64,000 nt of DNA from Promethearchaeota archaeon (GCA_048940445.1 JBHLON010000002.1:32001-96000), one strand, 5' to 3'. Positions 42,997 through 53,571 are shown, counted from the stretch's first letter. The notes: generated by a model not told the origin, from the letters alone. A program made the numbers and translations.

Positions 42997-44379
42997 ATGA
43001 TTGAGAACTCTTATGATGAAATTTTCTCTCTTTTTGAAGAAATCTCAAATGGATTTAATCGTAAAAATCAATATTTTGATCTCTTATATGACTCTATGTC
43101 ATCCACGCAAATATTTAAAACACCTTCTACTGAAGATATTTCTGTTAACAAAAAAACTTCTGGTATTGTTGCTCGAACTTTTTTAGGATCTTGGAAAGAG
43201 ATAAGCTTCGATAATCTTTCAGATATTAATATAATTCAAAAGAGAATACCAAGAGTCGCAAATATGGGAGAAAAGATTGCTCAATTTGAAAGCTGGAGAT
43301 TAAATAAAGAAATAATCCCTAAAATCGATCCTTCTACGATTCCGATACAAGATAAAATAAAAAGAGTTAGAGAGATTTATGACTATGTAAAAAATTTTGA
43401 TGAAAGAATTGTAAAAGTAGAAATTAGATACCTTGAATTTCTATTAGAAAGAATCTTTTCTAATAATGAGGGATGTCTCTTAAGACAAGTAATTCCAAGA
43501 CTTAGACTTTTTATTTTCCCAATAGCAAAAGAAGGGAGTGTTATTGATTTCGATTATTATGTTAAAAGCCAAGAAACCGGTTATGAAATTTTTAATGAAA
43601 TCAATAATGAAAAATTAGACGAAATCGCCCAAAATTCAATAGATATGTTAACTGCAAAAACACCGCCTAGTGGGAGATTTCCTGTAATCCTAGATCCTGG
43701 TATGACAGGAATTACAGCCCATGAAAGTTTTGGACATGGTCTTGAGGCTGATCAAGTTTTAAGGGAGAGAAGTTATCTAAAGAAATATTTGAATAAAAAG
43801 GTTGCTTCAACTATATGTAAAATATACGATACTCCTTCACTAAACGGGCCAATAGGATCCTATTTTTTTGATGATGAAGGTATTCGAGCTGGTAAAAATG
43901 TGTTAGTAGAAGATGGAATTTTAAAAAATTTTATATATGACAGAAGAACTGCTTCTGAATTTAATGCTATACCTCAGGGAAATGGACGAAGAGAAAGTTT
44001 TGCCCATCCGATAAATGTGCGTATGTCAAACACATACTTTGAGGCTGGAGATTATTCTTTAGAAGAGATGATATCTGAAATAAGTAAAGGTGTAATACTG
44101 ATACATGGCTACTTTGGAATGGAAGATCCTATAGGTGGTGGTATGCAAAGCACTTCTAAAAAAGGATATTTAATAGAAAATGGAGAAAGAACAAAATTAT
44201 TAAGGAAAATCGCATTAAGTGGATCTGTCTTAGAACTTTTACAGAATATTGATGCTATTTCAAAAGATAATATTAAATTAGATGGAGGCACTTGTGGTAA
44301 AGGTAGTGAAGATTATGTACCTGTAGGTTCTGGTGGAAGTTATATTAGAATCAAGAACGCAATCATAAGTCAAGGGTGA
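42997..44379 (+). CDS. tldD: TldD family metalloprotease
   Basis: AHESFGHGLEAD, FDDEG, GNGRRES, RMSNTY, GTCGK. Confidence 0.9.
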   Translation: MIENSYDEIFSLFEEISNGFNRKNQYFDLLYDSMSSTQIFKTPSTEDISVNKKTSGIVARTFLGSWKEISFDNLSDINIIQKRIPRVANMGEKIAQFESWRLNKEIIPKIDPSTIPIQDKIKRVREIYDYVKNFDERIVKVEIRYLEFLLERIFSNNEGCLLRQVIPRLRLFIFPIAKEGSVIDFDYYVKSQETGYEIFNEINNEKLDEIAQNSIDMLTAKTPPSGRFPVILDPGMTGITAHESFGHGLEADQVLRERSYLKKYLNKKVASTICKIYDTPSLNGPIGSYFFDDEGIRAGKNVLVEDGILKNFIYDRRTASEFNAIPQGNGRRESFAHPINVRMSNTYFEAGDYSLEEMISEISKGVILIHGYFGMEDPIGGGMQSTSKKGYLIENGERTKLLRKIALSGSVLELLQNIDAISKDNIKLDGGTCGKGSEDYVPVGSGGSYIRIKNAIISQG

Positions 44380-45716
44380 ACGAAAAAATGTCAAAAAATG
44401 CATTAGATCTTATTGAAAGAAGATTGAAATTAAAAAAAGTTCAAGATTATGAAATTTTTTTAGTTGAAAAAAATGTCTTTGAATCGATTTTACTTAAAAA
44501 TAGAGTTGATAATGAGAGGGAAATTTCTAGTACAGAATATTATATTAGAATTTTAGACCAAAATGAAAACAAGACGGGTGTGGGTATAACAAAAGGAAAT
44601 TCCTTAAAACACATAGACATTGATGATAATATCGAAACTTGTCTAAGTTTATCCAAAACTAATAGAAGTTCGAAATATTCTTTTCCAGAAAAAAAACCAT
44701 TTCCAAAACTTATAACAGTAGATAAAAGTATTTTAAATGATCCAGTTGGAATAAAAAGAGACTTATGCGAAGAATTAACTAAAGTAGTAAGTGATCATAA
44801 TGAGATAGTTCCCACTTTCGGAAGGTTCAGAATTCATTATCATAATTCATTTTTACGAAATAGTATAGGACTTGATCTTAAAACATCAAAAACGTTTTTC
44901 TTTATTGAATTGTCATTGAAAGCTGAAAAAAATGGAAAATTGGCTGAATATTGGACTGTAGATTATTATAAAGAACGAAATCATCTAGATTTTGAAAATA
45001 GGGTAGAAAAATGGGCAAAACACGCGAAAGAAAGTCTTTCAGCTGAATTACCAAAGCCAAATCCTGATGCAATAGTAATCTTTCCACCTCATGTACTGAA
45101 AGAAGCAATACATCCAGTGTTGGGCCTACATTCATTAGCTAAAACGCATCATGAAAAAACCTCTGCTTTTGAAATAGGATCTCAAGTAGCATCTGATAAT
45201 TTTTCATTAAGTGATAATGGAATTTTACAAGGCGGATTAAATTCAAGTCCATGGGATCGAGAAGGTAATCCTCATCAAGACACAGAAATCATAAATCATG
45301 GCGTTTTTAAAAATCGATTATACGATGAAAAATATGCGATTTTGGATAACACATCCTCAACCGGAAATAGCGTGATGGGTTTTGGAGGTTCAGTTTCTAA
45401 TGGAATTAGCAATTTTGTGATATTACCTGGAGATATAACTTATGATGATATGATTTCAAACATAAATGAGGGTTATTTAATTGAGAAATTTTCATGGTTA
45501 AATCCAGAATCTCTTTCAGGATTTTTTGGAGCGGAGATTAGAACAGGTTATTACATTAGAGATGGAGAATTCAAAAATCCAATCAAATTTGGTAATGCTA
45601 GTGGAAATATTTTGCAAATGATAAAGAATATCTTATACATTTCAAAAGAACGAGAGTTTGTAGAAAATGGGCTTTTTCCTTATATTGCATTTAAAGGATT
45701 AGAAATATCTTCTTAA
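44376..45716 (+). CDS. pmbA: PmbA/TldE family protein
   Basis: WDREG, STGN, SGFFG; lacks HExxxH; overlaps the tldD stop. Confidence 0.85.
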   Translation: MNEKMSKNALDLIERRLKLKKVQDYEIFLVEKNVFESILLKNRVDNEREISSTEYYIRILDQNENKTGVGITKGNSLKHIDIDDNIETCLSLSKTNRSSKYSFPEKKPFPKLITVDKSILNDPVGIKRDLCEELTKVVSDHNEIVPTFGRFRIHYHNSFLRNSIGLDLKTSKTFFFIELSLKAEKNGKLAEYWTVDYYKERNHLDFENRVEKWAKHAKESLSAELPKPNPDAIVIFPPHVLKEAIHPVLGLHSLAKTHHEKTSAFEIGSQVASDNFSLSDNGILQGGLNSSPWDREGNPHQDTEIINHGVFKNRLYDEKYAILDNTSSTGNSVMGFGGSVSNGISNFVILPGDITYDDMISNINEGYLIEKFSWLNPESLSGFFGAEIRTGYYIRDGEFKNPIKFGNASGNILQMIKNILYISKEREFVENGLFPYIAFKGLEISS

Positions 45717-45794
45717 AAGTATTGCTCATCTTTTTTTTCTACTTCTCTTAACGATTTAAATGGCTTAATTTTATTTAAAAATAAAATTGAAAAA

Positions 45795-47027
45795 TTAAGT
45801 ATTATTTTCAAGTTCTACTTTAACTAAATTATAATCCCGTGTGCCTAAACCTACTTCTTCAGCAGCTTTTAATTGAATCTCCCAATGTTTTGATTTTTTT
45901 CCATTGAAATTCAAATCTAATTTACCAGATTGCGGATCAAATCTTGGTATATAAGAAAACCATTCATTTCCATTATTCTCTAATTTCTTAATGTCACCTA
46001 GCACTGAGTTTTGAATAAAGTTAGAATCATGCACAAGATCTATACATGCTTGATCTAAAGCTACTGGATCTAAAGAGGACAAAATTCCTATATCTGAGAC
46101 AAAAGGAATATCACTAGATCCACAATCACATTGCCAAGATATATCAATCGCATAATTTACATAAAAAATCTTGTCGTTACCAAAATAGTCAACAACACCT
46201 TTAGCATTATCAACTAGTTGAATTATAAATTCTTCCTGTGAAGATGCTCCAATATCTACCACTTTATTCTTAGTAAGATTACAAATAGAATGACACATAT
46301 AACAATAGCGGCATTTATCCCAATCTTTCTTTAAGATTTTGTTAGAACCTTTAATTAATGCACCAGTTGGGCATATATCAACACATTTATTACAATCCTC
46401 AACACATTTACTAAAATCATATTCAAATTTTTTTCCATTATGAGCTTGGACTTTACCTCCTTTACTTACGCATCCAATGCCCAAGTTTTTAATAGCCCCT
46501 CCAAATCCTGCATTTGAATGGCCTTTAAAGTGTGAAGCCAATATCATGTAATCAAATTCACTTAGACGTCCAGCAACTAGAATTTCATTAAATCTATTCC
46601 CATTTATTTTTTGAACTTTATAATCAGTACCTATTGGACCATCCAACATAATTATTGGCGCTCCCATAGTTTCTGGAGTAAATCCGTGGATTAATGCAAC
46701 TTTTAAGTACTCTTTTTCATTTGCTCGACCAGTATATTCTGAATGAACTCCTGAAATACTTTCAGGCAAACCCCACCCACAAGATTCTGCTATTGTGGTT
46801 TTTGCACCAACTTGTTTAAGATAGTCACTTAAAAATCTAATATAAGAAGGTCTGAGGTATCTTGTATTTTCTAACGCCCCAAAATGAGTTTTAATAACTA
46901 CATTATTATCTTTTCCAACCTTACTCTTAATTCCTAGCTGTTCTAATGCAAGTGGCCCTTTTACTTTACTCATTGACTCTTTATATGATTTTGATCTAGA
47001 AGTTAAATAGTATACATCTGATTTCAA
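45795..47027 (-). CDS. DUF362 family Fe-S protein with ferredoxin insert
   Basis: IKTHFG, SHFKGH...FGGAIKNLGIGC, CNKCVDICP, CRYCYMC, QCDC, DPVALDQAC. Confidence 0.85.
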   Translation of the reverse strand: MKSDVYYLTSRSKSYKESMSKVKGPLALEQLGIKSKVGKDNNVVIKTHFGALENTRYLRPSYIRFLSDYLKQVGAKTTIAESCGWGLPESISGVHSEYTGRANEKEYLKVALIHGFTPETMGAPIIMLDGPIGTDYKVQKINGNRFNEILVAGRLSEFDYMILASHFKGHSNAGFGGAIKNLGIGCVSKGGKVQAHNGKKFEYDFSKCVEDCNKCVDICPTGALIKGSNKILKKDWDKCRYCYMCHSICNLTKNKVVDIGASSQEEFIIQLVDNAKGVVDYFGNDKIFYVNYAIDISWQCDCGSSDIPFVSDIGILSSLDPVALDQACIDLVHDSNFIQNSVLGDIKKLENNGNEWFSYIPRFDPQSGKLDLNFNGKKSKHWEIQLKAAEEVGLGTRDYNLVKVELENNT

Positions 47028-47159
47028 AGTCTCTCACTAACAATTTTAAAATAAATTTTAATTTCGAAAATCTAGAATTGAAAATAAATTTGGCTCTTAT
47101 CTAGAATAATTATTTTAACGGCGAACAATTTTATTATATATAAAAAATAAAAAAAAATT

Positions 47160-47393
47160 ATGGCAAATAATTGTCCAGAGTGCGCCGGAAAAATGAAATA
47201 TCAACCCGACATTAAGCATTTAGTTTGTCAGTCCTGTGGTTTGTCTCTTACTCGAGGAGAACTCGAAACATACTGGCAAAAAGTTAGAAATGAAAGAGGA
47301 ACAGAAGCTGATGCGGTTGATAGAGCCAAAAGTCGACGTAAGGAATGGCTTGATTGGTATGCCCAATCTAAAAAAGAAAAGGAGAATTATTGA
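47160..47393 (+). CDS. Small zinc-ribbon protein
   Basis: CPECAG...CQSCG followed by a charged helix. Confidence 0.8.
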   Translation: MANNCPECAGKMKYQPDIKHLVCQSCGLSLTRGELETYWQKVRNERGTEADAVDRAKSRRKEWLDWYAQSKKEKENY

Positions 47394-47523
47394 TTAGATT
47401 AGAAAAAGATTATAATCATTAATTATTGGACAGTTGATTTTCTCCTTATAATGAAATGTATATCTTTTTATATATAGTAAACCTATATTTTTACTTATAA
47501 GAAAATTTGAGAGTAAGATTTTG

Positions 47524-48282
47524 ATGGATGAACTTATTATTTTTAATTTTATTATGATATTCTTTACGATTGTAGGTATTGCAATGTTTTTTCTTTTATT
47601 TTTTGTGACAGCACCCTATGGACAACATATAAGAGATAAATGGGGACCAAATATTAATAATAAACTAGGGTGGTTTGTTATGGAGGTTCCAACTGTTATA
47701 ATCTACTTAATTTTTTATCTGATTGGAGATAGGAAAACAGATATCGTTTCTATTTTATTTCTATTTATTTGGATGGTGCACTATGGCCAGAGAACCTTCA
47801 TTTTTCCACTTTTAATAAAAGCTAAGCAACCAATGCCGATAACTATTATTAGTTTTGGTCTAATGTTCAATGGAATTAACACTTATTTACAGGCACGGTG
47901 GTTATATACATTTTCCCCTCCTTATCCTTCAAATTGGATAATTACTCCGTTTTTTATAACTGGAATAATCATTTTTATTATTGGAATTGTTATAAATCTT
48001 CATTCTGATCATATTATACGTAATTTAAGAGAACCTGGTGAAACTGAATATAAAATTCCCTATGGGGGTGCATTTAAATATGTAAGCTGTCCCAGCTATC
48101 TTGGAGAAATAACAGAATGGGTAGGATGGGCAGTTATGACATGGAGCTTACCTGGACTTATATTTGCCCTATGGACTTTTTTTAATCTTGGTCCACGAGC
48201 GCGGTCTCATCATAAATGGTATCTTAAAACTTTTCCAGATTATCCTAAGAATAGAAAAGCATTAATCCCCTATATTTATTGA
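47524..48282 (+). CDS. 3-oxo-5-alpha-steroid 4-dehydrogenase (SRD5A/DET2-like)
   Basis: APYG, GWFVMEVP, HYGQR, NLHSDHIIRNLR, YKIPYGG, CPSYLGEITEW, RARSHHKWY, RKALIP. Confidence 0.9.
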   Translation: MDELIIFNFIMIFFTIVGIAMFFLLFFVTAPYGQHIRDKWGPNINNKLGWFVMEVPTVIIYLIFYLIGDRKTDIVSILFLFIWMVHYGQRTFIFPLLIKAKQPMPITIISFGLMFNGINTYLQARWLYTFSPPYPSNWIITPFFITGIIIFIIGIVINLHSDHIIRNLREPGETEYKIPYGGAFKYVSCPSYLGEITEWVGWAVMTWSLPGLIFALWTFFNLGPRARSHHKWYLKTFPDYPKNRKALIPYIY

Positions 48283-48295
48283 AACGGCTCTTAAA

Positions 48296-49282
48296 TTATT
48301 TCTTCCTCTTTTTGTATTCTTTATAATATGCTGATCTTCTAATTAAGTATTTCCTCAAAAACCATTTTATAAGAGGAGCTAGATATCTTTTAAATCCAAT
48401 CCATCTTTTTGCTTCAGCATAAAAATCTTGTAATGTATAATTTTGAAAATTAAGCTTATTTTCTAAACCACTAGGTGTACAATATCCACAGTTGTATCCT
48501 ACTGTAGAAAAAGCTTCTTTCGGTAGAAAATCTCTACCTAATCCCATTATTTTGAACATATTTGCCAGAAATTCACTATATTCGATTCTACAATCAACTC
48601 CACCGCCAATGATATAAATACTTCCCCAAATCTCTTCTAATTCCAAGGCGTTTACTATGGCTCGCCCAACATCCTCTGTTCCCACAATTTCTATTTTTGT
48701 TTCTAATGGTATCCTAAACATAGCTGGATGAAATTTTAGAATGCTTGTTGATGCACAAAATGATAATCTAAAAATACAGTACATCAAACCAGAACTTCGA
48801 ATAATATTTTCAGCTTTTAGTTTCGATTCTCCATAATAGTCACCTGGACTTGTGGTAGTTGGATCGTTAATACTAATCCAAGGATTTTGCACACGATCTC
48901 CATAAACAGCAATCGAAGATGTATAAATTATTTTAGGGGTAGATTTAGATGTTTTTATGGCCAATAATAAATTCTTTGTACCTTCTACATTCACTGCATA
49001 TACATTATCAGGATTATTATATTTTGAAATGGGAATTACTCCAGCTATATGAATAATTATGTCTACATCCTTTACAGCTCGTTCCAGAGAAATTAGATCA
49101 AATAGATCTCCCCAAACTATCTCTATATCATCTTTATATTTCTTAAACAATTTTCTGTTCTTTTTAGAATCTCTTAATAGTAACTTAATTTTATATTTAT
49201 GACTTTTACGATATAAAGCATCAAAAATTTTTATCCCTACGCTTCCTGAAGCTCCAGTTAAAAGAATTACCTGATTAGGCAA
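48296..49282 (-). CDS. Extended SDR, NAD-dependent epimerase/3-beta-HSD-like
   Basis: TGASGSVG, HIAG, VNVEGT, SSIAVYG, YGESK. Confidence 0.85.
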   Translation of the reverse strand: MPNQVILLTGASGSVGIKIFDALYRKSHKYKIKLLLRDSKKNRKLFKKYKDDIEIVWGDLFDLISLERAVKDVDIIIHIAGVIPISKYNNPDNVYAVNVEGTKNLLLAIKTSKSTPKIIYTSSIAVYGDRVQNPWISINDPTTTSPGDYYGESKLKAENIIRSSGLMYCIFRLSFCASTSILKFHPAMFRIPLETKIEIVGTEDVGRAIVNALELEEIWGSIYIIGGGVDCRIEYSEFLANMFKIMGLGRDFLPKEAFSTVGYNCGYCTPSGLENKLNFQNYTLQDFYAEAKRWIGFKRYLAPLIKWFLRKYLIRRSAYYKEYKKRKK

Positions 49283-49397
49283 ATTTAATCAAATTGATTA
49301 TGATATAAATTAATTCTTTAAAATTAATTATTATTTTTATAGATTACACAATGAGAGAGCTTTATTTTAAAATTCAATAGGTGAAATGCGAATAAAG

Positions 49398-50591
49398 TTA
49401 ACTAAATTTTCTTTCAAAAATCTCCATTAAGAATTCTTCCAACTTTGGAGCCGGGATATCTAACAAGGTAATTTCTAAGTGTCTCCCGCGATCTTTTTCT
49501 TCAATTCTTACTGTTTTTGAGGCAACTACATTTAAATTATTCAGTTCTCTGACATATTTTCTGAAACTCATTTTAACATGAGGTTCAATTGAATATGCTT
49601 CACATATTGCTTGATATTCTTCATATGCTTCTTCCACAATCGTAAAAGGCTCATCTGTATTCATTAAAGCTCGTGTAATACCGTATAATGCTAATAATTC
49701 TTGATCACTAAGGCGATCTACAATCTCTCCTCGAAAAGTAGGATAAACCTGATTTGAAGCTGCTCTAATGGCATCTGGTAATATTTTTTCCAAACCCTCT
49801 TTATCAACGTGTAACCCGCTCATTCGCAAAATTTCTATTCCATGTCGCATATTCTTATGTTGGGTAACAATTTGACTTACCATATTTAAGATTTCATCAT
49901 TTACTACATTTTCTTTAAAGGCTAAATCACTTCTATATTGCAATATCTGTTTAGATTGCTCTAGGTTATAGGGTTTGAGTTTAATAGTGTGATTAATTCG
50001 ACTTAATATTCTTTCAGTTTCGACTTTCATCCATGCATTACTTCGTGAAACTAAAACAAGTGATAACTTAGCATTCTGATGTCCAAAAGTCTCTGCTATA
50101 TCTAAAAATGCTAATATTTCATCAGATTGCAATAAATGAATCTCATCGATTATGAGGAGCATATATCCAGATTCTCTTACTAACTTTGTTAAGATTAACT
50201 TCAAGGCTTCATCATCGCTGAACCCCCTACCACTTCCATGGGTATATTTAGCCAAAAGATCTCTAATTATTTTACTTTTGGATCTAAAATTAATACAGTT
50301 GTAGTATTCTACAAAAAAGGAAACATCTCTTTCAATTGCTATATTTCTAAAATTTCTACCAAAATATCTAGAAGTCGCTGTCTTGCCTACTCCCGCTTTT
50401 CCTAAAATTAAACAATTAATAGAAGGTTGCTCTTCCTCATCTAAAATTCTTCGGAACGCAAAAATAAGCTCCTTAATTTCTTTATCTCGACAATATAGTT
50501 TGTCTGGGACAAAACTTAAATCAAGAGAATTAAATTGTCTGAAGACAGATTTCTTCATGAATTGTTTTCTAAATTCGTTCTCGTCAGACAT
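49398..50591 (-). CDS. cdc6: Orc1/Cdc6 replication initiator
   Basis: FVPDKLYCRDKE, GKAGVGKT, LLIIDE, RILSR, PYNLEQ, C-terminal wHTH. Confidence 0.9.
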   Translation of the reverse strand: MSDENEFRKQFMKKSVFRQFNSLDLSFVPDKLYCRDKEIKELIFAFRRILDEEEQPSINCLILGKAGVGKTATSRYFGRNFRNIAIERDVSFFVEYYNCINFRSKSKIIRDLLAKYTHGSGRGFSDDEALKLILTKLVRESGYMLLIIDEIHLLQSDEILAFLDIAETFGHQNAKLSLVLVSRSNAWMKVETERILSRINHTIKLKPYNLEQSKQILQYRSDLAFKENVVNDEILNMVSQIVTQHKNMRHGIEILRMSGLHVDKEGLEKILPDAIRAASNQVYPTFRGEIVDRLSDQELLALYGITRALMNTDEPFTIVEEAYEEYQAICEAYSIEPHVKMSFRKYVRELNNLNVVASKTVRIEEKDRGRHLEITLLDIPAPKLEEFLMEIFERKFS

Positions 50592-50722
50592 CGCGTCATA
50601 TCAACCCATAGTAAATATGCTATATATTTAAATATAGTATGATCTAAGTTTAAAGTTTGTATCAAAAAATATTAGATTAATAAAATAAGCTTATTTTAAA
50701 TTTTTTTACTTTCCACACAAGT

Positions 50723-51646
50723 TTAAAATTTTTTTGAGTTGTTAAGAGGATGCATCATCGAATAAGACTGTTTTAATTTAGTAATATCGTTCTTAGCGTA
50801 TATACGGGTTGTATTAGGAGAACTATGACCCAGAATATCTTGTAACTCACTAATATCCATTCCTGAGCGTCTAAGATGGGTCGCTCCTGTATGTCTAAAC
50901 ACATGTGGGGTAACTGCTTTTGAATCCGGAAATCCACATTTTTCTTTTATAATTTTAATGTCAGATTGTACAACGCGAGGACTTAACTTTTTTCCCCATG
51001 TATTTACCAATAGAAAATCCTCGGATTTGTATGAAATGCGATTTCTAAGATTTTCTTTGAACAATTCTAATGTTTTTTTATCTACTGGAACTATACGTTC
51101 TTTGTTTCCTTTACCACTTAATTTTAAATAACCTTTTTCAAAATCGATATCCTTTATTTGAATATTACATAATTCACTTACTCTTGCCATTGTTGAATAT
51201 AATAACCTTACAATTAAGTAATATCTTTGACTTTTCTTAGAACTAAAAAGCCTTTTATCTTTTAACTTATTAAATATTTCCTCAATATCGGATACTTTAA
51301 GAAACTTTGGAAGACTTTCCTCAAGCTTTATTTTTGGAGAGTGTATTTTTGTCATCGGATTCTTCTCTAAGTACTCATTTAATGATAAAAATTTAAAGAA
51401 AGATCTTAAACAGGCAATCTTTCTCCCAATTCCCTTTTTAGTATATCCCATATCCTTTAATTTTTTTAAAAATAATCTTACTCTCTGTGGCATAACAGGT
51501 GAATCTATTTCAATATCTCCCATTAGTTCAATAAATTTTTCAATATCATACTGATATGCTTTGATAGTTGATTGAGTACATCCTTCTTCAACCTCTTTTG
51601 AAATTAGAAAATCATTAAGGAAATCGGAAATTTTGTATGTTACCAT
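50723..51646 (-). CDS. xerA: XerA-like tyrosine recombinase
   Basis: RVSEL, GKGNKER, TPHVFRH, LGHSS...TTRIY catalytic residues; N-terminal SAM-like domain. Confidence 0.88.
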   Translation of the reverse strand: MVTYKISDFLNDFLISKEVEEGCTQSTIKAYQYDIEKFIELMGDIEIDSPVMPQRVRLFLKKLKDMGYTKKGIGRKIACLRSFFKFLSLNEYLEKNPMTKIHSPKIKLEESLPKFLKVSDIEEIFNKLKDKRLFSSKKSQRYYLIVRLLYSTMARVSELCNIQIKDIDFEKGYLKLSGKGNKERIVPVDKKTLELFKENLRNRISYKSEDFLLVNTWGKKLSPRVVQSDIKIIKEKCGFPDSKAVTPHVFRHTGATHLRRSGMDISELQDILGHSSPNTTRIYAKNDITKLKQSYSMMHPLNNSKKF

Positions 51647-51667
51647 AATAATTTCAATATGATCCGG

Positions 51668-51695
51668 ATATTACATAATACCAAGTAATATCTAT
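51668..51695. promoter_or_regulatory. dif-like recombinase site (11-6-11) upstream of xerA
   Basis: Minus strand ATAGATATTAC-TTGGTA-TTATGTAATAT; right arm 9/11 identical to E. coli XerD arm TTATGTTAAAT; overlaps inverted repeat GATATTAC/GTAATATC. Confidence 0.55.
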
Positions 51696-51742
51696 GTGAC
51701 ATTTCCAAAAGATGGTATTAAAAAAGAATTCAATTTAGATTT

Positions 51743-52684
51743 TTAATCTTTTTTTAAATGGCGTAAATATTTACTAGCATTAATTGCTGCACGTGCTCCT
51801 TCTGCTGTAGCGAAAACAACTTGAAATAGACCACCAGTAACATCTCCGGCAGCATACACACCCTTTACATTAGTTTGTTGGCTATCATCAACTTTTACAT
51901 TCCCATTCTCATCCAATTCAATTCCTGCTTTTTTAAAAATTGAATTAGAAGGAACATGAGATAATATAAATAAACAGTCTAATTCAACTTCTTTGACATC
52001 TTGTTCACTTGTTCCCTCCTTATTGCTAGATTTAAAAGTCATTTTCTGAATTATGCCTTCCGAATCGGCTATAGCTTCAATAATCTCTGTATTATATAGT
52101 ATTTCTATATTATTTTGCTTTACTTCCTCTATTTTTTCTGGTAGTTCATTTGCACCTAATTTAGTTATAATATGAACTTTACATCCCATCTGCTTGAGAG
52201 CTAATGCGTCTTCCAACATTTCTGCATCATTTCCATAAATATATACTTCCTTTTCTTTATATAAGGGACCATCGCATAAAGCACAATATGAAATACCAAA
52301 ACCTATTAAAGAACTTTCTCCCTTAATTATTTCCTTCCTTTTTCCTGTTCCCGTAGCTATAATGACCACGTCAGAAGTAATGTTGGCTGTACGAGTGGAA
52401 ATCATATTAGCACCCATTCCTATCATTAATGAAATAACATCTCCTTCAATAATTCTCACTTTCTCGAAATTTTCTGCGTGTTCCTTAAACTTTTTCAACA
52501 ATTCAATCCCCGAAGTATCTTTTTCACCAATCCAATTTTGAATTTCTTTTGCTTTTATTAATGCAGAAGGTTCTTTTCCATCTAAAATAATCGTATCTCT
52601 ATTCGCTCGACCACAATAAACACCCGCAGTTAATCCAGCGGGACCTGCTCCAATTATTAAAACTTCGCATTTATATTCATCCAT
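51743..52684 (-). CDS. trxB: Thioredoxin reductase-like flavoprotein
   Basis: GAGPAG, IATG, SYCALCDG, GVYAAGD; NADPH motif degenerate. Confidence 0.85.
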   Translation of the reverse strand: MDEYKCEVLIIGAGPAGLTAGVYCGRANRDTIILDGKEPSALIKAKEIQNWIGEKDTSGIELLKKFKEHAENFEKVRIIEGDVISLMIGMGANMISTRTANITSDVVIIATGTGKRKEIIKGESSLIGFGISYCALCDGPLYKEKEVYIYGNDAEMLEDALALKQMGCKVHIITKLGANELPEKIEEVKQNNIEILYNTEIIEAIADSEGIIQKMTFKSSNKEGTSEQDVKEVELDCLFILSHVPSNSIFKKAGIELDENGNVKVDDSQQTNVKGVYAAGDVTGGLFQVVFATAEGARAAINASKYLRHLKKD

Positions 52685-52902
52685 AAGAACTAACCTAATA
52701 CTGATACTATATAATTAATGATTTATTGGCTTTCTTAAATTTTTTTACCTTTTTTATTAAAACTAGGTATTTATCCAAATAAAAAATATAGCGCTACAAT
52801 TTAGTATTGCGTGATTAATCAATTTTTACAGCATATTTTTATAGATGATCATAGAGATATATTGTAAAAATCTAATAAAAAAAATCACATATTTGGTGAA
52901 CT

Positions 52903-53571
52903 ATGTTGGAAATGAAGAAAGCATTGAAGATAATAGCTATTATTGGAATTATCTTAATTATTATAGGTCCTATTTTGGGGATTACATTGAATAAAATTAC
53001 AATAGTTTCTCGAGGTCCAGAAAATCCAGTTGTAATACAAGATAGTAGTGCAACTTCGATTCGAGATGCATATGCTCAAGAAGTGACCATTACAGAGAAT
53101 CAAAAAATTGTAATTGAATTTTCAGCTTATTATCCTAATATCTCAGTAACTTTAATTATTTTAGGAAAGGGTACATACGATCACGAATATGCATTAGATC
53201 ATTCGCCTCCTGTATCAGGGTTAAGTTTTATTTATTCACAATTCACTTGGGGGCTTGCTCCCCAAAATTCAGTAAATGATGCTACTTCCCTTACAATAAA
53301 TTATGATGGATTTTGGTATATTGAATTTGCAGGGAGTGTAAATACTATCTATAATTATTTGACATCAATCCCAGGAAATTATATCATTGTAGTATATGGT
53401 ACGAATAGTGGGTCATCAACAGATGTCAGATTCGATCTAAACGTTAAAATGGATGGGCCGGGTGCATTTCTAAACACACTCTTTCTAAGTATTGGCATAA
53501 TACTTCTTGCTGTTGCCGCCATATTGTTTTCTTATAGTTATCTAAATAAATTACGGAGGGGTATTGACTAA
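52903..53571 (+). CDS. Membrane protein with two terminal TMs flanking a beta-rich extracellular domain
   Basis: Hydrophobic N- and C-terminal segments. Confidence 0.7.
   Translation: MLEMKKALKIIAIIGIILIIIGPILGITLNKITIVSRGPENPVVIQDSSATSIRDAYAQEVTITENQKIVIEFSAYYPNISVTLIILGKGTYDHEYALDHSPPVSGLSFIYSQFTWGLAPQNSVNDATSLTINYDGFWYIEFAGSVNTIYNYLTSIPGNYIIVVYGTNSGSSTDVRFDLNVKMDGPGAFLNTLFLSIGIILLAVAAILFSYSYLNKLRRGID

Noticed and set aside
46750-46766. CCTGAAA/TTTCAGG hairpin in the DUF362 gene as a second in-frame intron
   Set aside because: No 4-bp central helix with A-ending 3-nt bulges; frame is open
50592-50722. Replication origin next to cdc6
   Set aside because: No ORB-like TTCCAGTGGAAAC/G-string repeats seen; spacer is short
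50723-51646. Provirus/integrative-element integrase
   Set aside because: XerA-like size and motifs, housekeeping neighbours, no tRNA/att repeats or viral genes
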